IMG/VR virus record: IMGVR_UViG_3300005253_000054
Span: 1 to 64,000 of that record
Length of the DNA: 64,000 nucleotides
Direction: 5' to 3' (one strand)
From: a virus
Numbering within the stretch: the first letter of the stretch is position 1; each line of letters starts with the position of its first letter. Made by a program: the position numbers and the translations under genes. The notes under the pieces were generated by a model. It saw only the letters and a list, made by a program, of their open reading frames with translations, searched no databases and was not told the origin of the DNA. Below are positions 58,597 to 64,000 of this stretch, in pieces.

Positions 58597-59613
58597 ATGA
58601 TAACCAAAATAGGAATCCGCAATTTTCAGTGCCACCGCTCGTTGACAATAGACCTTGACGAATTCGTTACGGTAATTGTTGGCCCCAGCGACTCTGGCAA
58701 ATCTGCAATCATCCGGGCTATTCGATGGCTATGCCTCAATCAGCCTAGCGGGGATTCCTTCATTTGCGACGGTACCGACTCAGTTACAGCCCGAATGAAA
58801 GTTGACGGCCGAACTGTCACAAGGCATCGAGACAAGTCAGATAATCTTTATAAATTAGGTAAAGATGAATTCAAGTCTTTCGGCTCAAGTGTACCAGCTC
58901 CAATCGAGCGTTTGCTAAATATTGGTCCTGTAAACTTCCAGCAGCAGCATGACCCCCCTTATTGGTTGTCCAATTCAGCCGGTCAGGTGTCCCGCGAACT
59001 AAACGCCATCGTCAATTTAGAGGTGATTGACTCGGTTCTGTCGGCCGTCGCCAAGCAAATAACCAAATCCAGAAATGAGGTAGGATTCATTGAGGAACGA
59101 TTAAGCAAAGCAGAAACCGAAGTAAAGGATACGGAATGGGCTGAAGACGCCGAATCCGATCTAAAGCGACTAGATAAGGCTAGATCAGAACATGCCCGTC
59201 AGGTCGTCAGAGTGGCCCATTTTCGCGATGTTGTGGAAGAGGCCATCGAACGTCGCGAAACACACCAACAGGCCAGTAAACAGGCGTCTGCTTTGCGTAC
59301 GGTAGTATCTGCTGGCAAGATGCTGAGGAAACTAGGGAAGCGACGGAAAGGATTGGACGAGTTGCTAGGACAGATAGCCAGTAAAGAGGTAATAGAGGCT
59401 CCCGATATTACTAGATTGGGGGGATTGAAAGAGATATGTAAAACGAGAAGTCAAGCGGCAGTAGGATTGGCAAGTTTGCTAATTGATATTCAAGAGTGTC
59501 ACGAAAAGGTGAATTGGAAGAAATCCGATTATGTGGCGGCTAAGGATCGACTCCGAAAAGAGACTGATGGTAAATGTCCAATATGTGGGAGTTCTTACAA
59601 GGGAGACCTATGA
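58597..59613 (+). CDS. SbcC/Rad50 N-terminal half
   Basis: NFQCH, GPSDSGKS, Q-loop QQQHD, coiled coil, terminal CPICG hook. Confidence 0.88.
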   Translation: MITKIGIRNFQCHRSLTIDLDEFVTVIVGPSDSGKSAIIRAIRWLCLNQPSGDSFICDGTDSVTARMKVDGRTVTRHRDKSDNLYKLGKDEFKSFGSSVPAPIERLLNIGPVNFQQQHDPPYWLSNSAGQVSRELNAIVNLEVIDSVLSAVAKQITKSRNEVGFIEERLSKAETEVKDTEWAEDAESDLKRLDKARSEHARQVVRVAHFRDVVEEAIERRETHQQASKQASALRTVVSAGKMLRKLGKRRKGLDELLGQIASKEVIEAPDITRLGGLKEICKTRSQAAVGLASLLIDIQECHEKVNWKKSDYVAAKDRLRKETDGKCPICGSSYKGDL

Positions 59614-59923
59614 TGGAATTGTTTAGAAGAAAGTTCAGATATGTAAACAGCTATTGGTGGACTAGCAAGGGTATTGACTTGTCCGCTGATTTGATAACCA
59701 AATTGTTTGATATTCCTGAAAAGATCAAAACGATTTGGATTTCACTTCACGATAAATCGGTATCCAATCGACATATAGCTAGGGTGATAAAAGGCAATTG
59801 GGGTTATCCGGAAGTGTTAGTGGAGACGGAAAAGGGGATTTATAGGTTCGATGATGCAGGATTAGATAGAATACTCAAACCGTTAGTGGGAAAAACGGTG
59901 TACCTAGATTGCGAGTATCTCGA

Positions 59924-60841
59924 ATGAAAACACTAGCCATATTTTGTGCAGACTTACATCTGTCTCTGAAACCTCCTTCTGCCCGATCAGCCGAGCTTGA
60001 TTGGCTGGCGTCACAGAAACGCCATTTAGACCAGCTTGGTGATTTGAACAAGGGAGAAATCCCCATTGTAATCGCGGGGGATTTATTAGATCGTTGGAAT
60101 AATAGTAGTGAGTTCGTGAATTTTGTTATTGATTATCTACCAAACTGTTTAAGTCTTGTTGGTCAGCATGATTTACCAAATCATCGTTATGACGATTTGG
60201 ACAGGTCATCTTATGGCACTTTGATTCGGTCTGGAAAAATTCAAAACTTGTCGCCGAATGGGATTGTGTCTATGGGAGGGTTTGTGTTGTATTCTTTTCC
60301 TTGGGGCTCAGATATAAAACCAATAGAATCAAAAGAGGATGGAAAACAACATATAGCAGTTATCCACAAATTTATTTACAAAGGCAAATCAACCTCTTAC
60401 CCAGGGGCACCAAAAGACGAGCAGATACGGGCCTACGCTGATTGTCTCAAAGGATATGACGCCGCCACTTTTGGTGACAATCACATTCCATTTACGGGCA
60501 AGGCGGGTGATTGTAGGGTACTCAATTGTGGTTCTCTGATTCCAAGGAATATAAAAGAGCGAGAGCACAAACCAAGAGTCCTTATGTTGATGGAAGATGG
60601 TAGCTGGGAATCACAAGACCTCGATACATCCGCTGATAAATGGATCGATGCGACAGAAGCAGAGCGATTGGAACATCAAGAGTTGGATATGTCAAAACTG
60701 TTAAGTGAATTGGATAGATTGGGAACGGAAGAAATGGATTATCGGGTTGCAGTGGAACGTTACATAGGAGACAAAGTAAACAAGGTTTGCAAGAGTATTG
60801 CGAAAAGAGTATTGGAGGTATTGGACGATGCCATTGATTGA
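59924..60841 (+). CDS. SbcD/Mre11-like metallophosphoesterase
   Basis: ADLH, AGDLLD, GQHD, GDNH, NCGS. Confidence 0.88.
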   Translation: MKTLAIFCADLHLSLKPPSARSAELDWLASQKRHLDQLGDLNKGEIPIVIAGDLLDRWNNSSEFVNFVIDYLPNCLSLVGQHDLPNHRYDDLDRSSYGTLIRSGKIQNLSPNGIVSMGGFVLYSFPWGSDIKPIESKEDGKQHIAVIHKFIYKGKSTSYPGAPKDEQIRAYADCLKGYDAATFGDNHIPFTGKAGDCRVLNCGSLIPRNIKEREHKPRVLMLMEDGSWESQDLDTSADKWIDATEAERLEHQELDMSKLLSELDRLGTEEMDYRVAVERYIGDKVNKVCKSIAKRVLEVLDDAID

Positions 60842-61857
60842 AGAACCAAGGAAGTATAAAGAGATTGTGCATAGATTAAGAGTTAAACATGTGCCATTTA
60901 TCCTTAGTCGCATGTTGGGTAAGGGTATGTGGGGTTGGGTTTTTCAAGATTTCAATTGGGTTAGAGATAGTAATGGTTGTTTTGTCGTTCAGCTACGTTG
61001 GACCAATTTGAGAATGTATGCTGTCGAAATCACGTCAGAGCGTTGTGTCGATTATTGGTTCTATGATACTGCGTCGATAAAAAATCAGATAAAGTACCTT
61101 TGGTTTTTGTTTTGGGGTATCAAAGTTAAGGAGCCAAGCAAATGATCCCGCAGTCTAATCAACAGGGAGGGACGGCGGATGAAAAGAGAATATTACGTTG
61201 GTGGGGAGTATACACCGACGCAAGCGGTCATAAGGCAACGTACGTTGGATTTGAGGTGGTTATTGGACAATCAATTTGAGGAGGTGATTCTTTTAGCGGT
61301 AATGAATTACGATATGCTTGATATTGACTTGGTAAAGAGTATGACCGACCGATTTGGGGCGGCAGAGGCACAAATACGGTTAATCGAATTTCTGAGGGAT
61401 TGAAAAGAGGATACCCCTCCTTTGGAGAAAGTTAAATGAGTAATTGGAAAGAGACAATATTGGGCGGGATGGCCATGGGTATTAGTATTATACTGTTATG
61501 GATAGCTTTTTCCTGGATAGAGGCCAGGCAATACAACAGGCTTACGGGTGGTAATGCAACCACACTTGACGCGATGTTCATTCAGTTACGTGTACAAGGA
61601 AAAGAAAAGGAGACCTAATAAATGCGAGATAAAGAACAAATAGAACAAACAGAGCAGGATCGAGAATGGTGGGTAGAAGTGGGCTTTCTGATCGATCCGA
61701 AAGCCAAGTTGTGCGGTTGGGATCATCGGTATAAGGCTGCATTTGGAAACCCCACTCAGTTTACGGTATGTGGTGCGGCGGCTAGGGTTTTGATGAGACA
61801 GCAAGATAAGCTTAAACAATTTCGTAAAAAGATATTGGAGGTTCGGACGATCGTTGT

Positions 61858-62130
61858 TTGATTAAAAGAAAAGGAATAAGAATTGTGGATATCAAAAAGT
61901 TTACTCGGTTAAAAGAAAAAGCAGAAGCCCTACGCACTGAGGCTGAACAGGCCAAGGGTGCCTTGAATCAGCTTAAAAAAAAGTTGGAGGAAGACTTTGG
62001 GTGTCAATCGATTGAGGATGCCGAGAGGTTGTTAGAGAAGTACGAGAAAGAGGTGAAGAAAGCAGAAGAGGATTATGGTGAGGAATTGATTAGCTTTGAA
62101 GAGGAATGGGGTGAGAAACTGAGCAAATGA
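61858..62130 (+). CDS. short coiled-coil protein, possibly part of split SbcC
   Basis: Coupled to the SbcC C-half gene. Confidence 0.5.
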   Translation: MIKRKGIRIVDIKKFTRLKEKAEALRTEAEQAKGALNQLKKKLEEDFGCQSIEDAERLLEKYEKEVKKAEEDYGEELISFEEEWGEKLSK

Positions 62131-62705
62131 CTAACGCTGAATTAGACATTTATCGCCGGCGAGTAACCGAGGCAGTCATCACCCATAAGACTGCTAAGAA
62201 ATCCTTACAACAAACCAAATTAGAACTAAAACAAGCTATCCAAACTAGAGACGAAATCGAACAAACTCAATCAATTTTCCAACACGTAGCCCAAGCCGTC
62301 CAGCAATCCGTACATAACAAAATAGCTGGTGTGGTCTCCCGTTGCTTAGAAACCATCTTCGATGAGCCTTACGAATTCAGAATTACATTTGAGAGAAAAC
62401 GGGGTAGGACAGAAGCAAAACTTTCATTCGTAAGAAACGGAATGGAAGTAGACCCCATGACGGCATCAGGCGGGGGTGTTATTGACGTGGCAGCATTCGC
62501 TTTAAGATTAGCTTGCCTTATCCTCGCCAAGCCACAACAACGTAGGTTAATCATCCTTGACGAGCCTTTCAAGTATTTGTCATTGGAATTCAGGTATAGG
62601 GTAAAAGAGCTACTGATGGGCTTAGCAAAGGAAATGAAAGTGCAATTCCTGATGGTAACCCACTTCAGAGAATTGGAATGTGGGACGGTAATTGAATTGG
62701 AGTAA
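62127..62705 (+). CDS. SbcC/Rad50 C-terminal half
   Basis: ASGGG signature, ILDEP Walker B, VTH. Confidence 0.88.
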   Translation: MTNAELDIYRRRVTEAVITHKTAKKSLQQTKLELKQAIQTRDEIEQTQSIFQHVAQAVQQSVHNKIAGVVSRCLETIFDEPYEFRITFERKRGRTEAKLSFVRNGMEVDPMTASGGGVIDVAAFALRLACLILAKPQQRRLIILDEPFKYLSLEFRYRVKELLMGLAKEMKVQFLMVTHFRELECGTVIELE

Positions 62706-62720
62706 ATAAAGGAGATAGGA

Positions 62721-63918
62721 ATGTCAATAGTTGATAAACAAACCCCAGTAACTTCAGGATATAAACGACAGTGGACACGTTGTAAGGAATGTAAGAATAT
62801 TGCCTATTACGACTACATACCGTATGGTTTGGGTAATCCTACACGTACATTACCATGCGGTCATGGTCTGTTCCTTCGTTTTGATGAGGCCATAGATTTT
62901 ATTACAGAAGAAGATGCGATAAAGGAAACTTCATAATGAATGGTCCGAATTGGGGTAAGGGACGATGCAGCAAGATCAGCTAAAGAAGGATAGATTAGAG
63001 AAACGAATCACACACATAATAGGGTTGATGGGGGAAGACCCCACTGATGGGGCCTTACGAGAGAGATTAAGAGTAATGTCAAGACAACGCAGACATGTAC
63101 TAGAGAAGAGGTATTTAAGACTGAGCCGTCTTTTTGAGCTATTAAAGATACTCTTACCTACAGAAGAAAAATCAAAACAATCAAACCGATATATGGAGGT
63201 TCTAATCGAGCGATGAATAAAATAGAACAAATACGAGTAATACTATCTGACTTAGAGCCATCGCGGTCTTCTAATTTGGTACCATTGGTAGCTGATTTAG
63301 TAAAAGATTATGAACGATTAGAGAAGTCTTTGCCTGATTTGGTTGAACTTGCCGGAAAGCATGGTAGAGAAGGAAACGAACCATCAATCTACCAACGTGG
63401 TAATATATGGCGTTATCATGTAAATCGTTGTGGTAATAACTGGGAGGACGATACTGATCCATCTAAAGCAGCCGAGAGAGCAGATAAACAAAAGAGGATC
63501 AAATGACTAACAAGCAATCCGTACCAAGAGAATATGTAATCACAAGGAAGGAGACGGATTTATGGTCTGCTCAAGGCCCGGTCTATTGGCACGAAAAACC
63601 TATTCATATTGGTCGAGATCGTGAAGGGGCGTTTAAGATACTAGCAAAGGAAAGGAAACGAGATACAAAACGAGCAGAGGGTAAGTCGTTGAGATATACG
63701 TTACTGAATGTTTACTGTGATGGGGATGAAAGATATGGATAACTCTTAACAAAAACAAGGGAGAAAACAAAATGTTGACAAGCAAACAGATACATCTTAT
63801 CCTCAATTTAATATCAGAGAAGTATGGTGCAGGGTATGTATCGGAAGAGGATCATCCTAAAATGGGTGGACTACAGGCAACCCTGTCTGTTATGTTGGAA
63901 GTGGCATTGAAAAGGTAA
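62721..63918 (+). CDS. five small hypothetical genes
   Basis: Tiled ORFs with SD sites; last is 63772-63918. Confidence 0.5.
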
Positions 63919-63954
63919 AACAATTCCTAACTAACTCTTCAATACTACCCCCAT

Positions 63955-63983
63955 TTGCAAAACAACCCGAAATCCCGTACAAT
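63955..63983 (+). promoter_or_regulatory. sigma70-type promoter
   Basis: TTGCAA-17 bp-TACAAT. Confidence 0.6.
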
Positions 63984-64000
63984 GGGAAAGGGAGTACAAA

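Overview
The window is a 64 kb segment of a tailed dsDNA phage genome, probably a siphovirus, with almost every gene on the + strand. The PEP-CTERM tail and CsrA type hint at a Planctomycetota-like host, but that is inference only. Layout: (1) 1-6573 is a tail module with tail tube, chaperone pair with a -1 frameshift site, tape measure protein, and two proteins ending in Ser-rich tails. (2) 6596-18012 is an ~11.4 kb block of about 16 glycan synthesis/modification genes (about 8 glycosyltransferase-like, 4 methyltransferases, sulfotransferase, KdsB-like CMP-sugar synthetase, cupin, radical SAM). (3) 18475-33500 is an early/accessory region with cassette-like small ORFs, DUF5131, a sigma-like protein, SNF2 helicase, primase and DUF932. 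(4) 33500-64000 is a replication/recombination region with an O-like initiator carrying iterons, DnaB, beta clamp, split PolA, intein-containing helicase and clamp loader, methyltransferase, SSB, RecA, CsrA, FEN, Hjc and split SbcCD. Strongest observations: two inteins each hide a complete endonuclease gene in a different reading frame (one +1 frame, one antisense), each with its own sigma70-like promoter and Shine-Dalgarno (SD) site inside the intein coding sequence; a probable phage-encoded virion glycosylation system; and several candidate structured RNAs. Family assignments come from motif recognition by eye; no searches were run.
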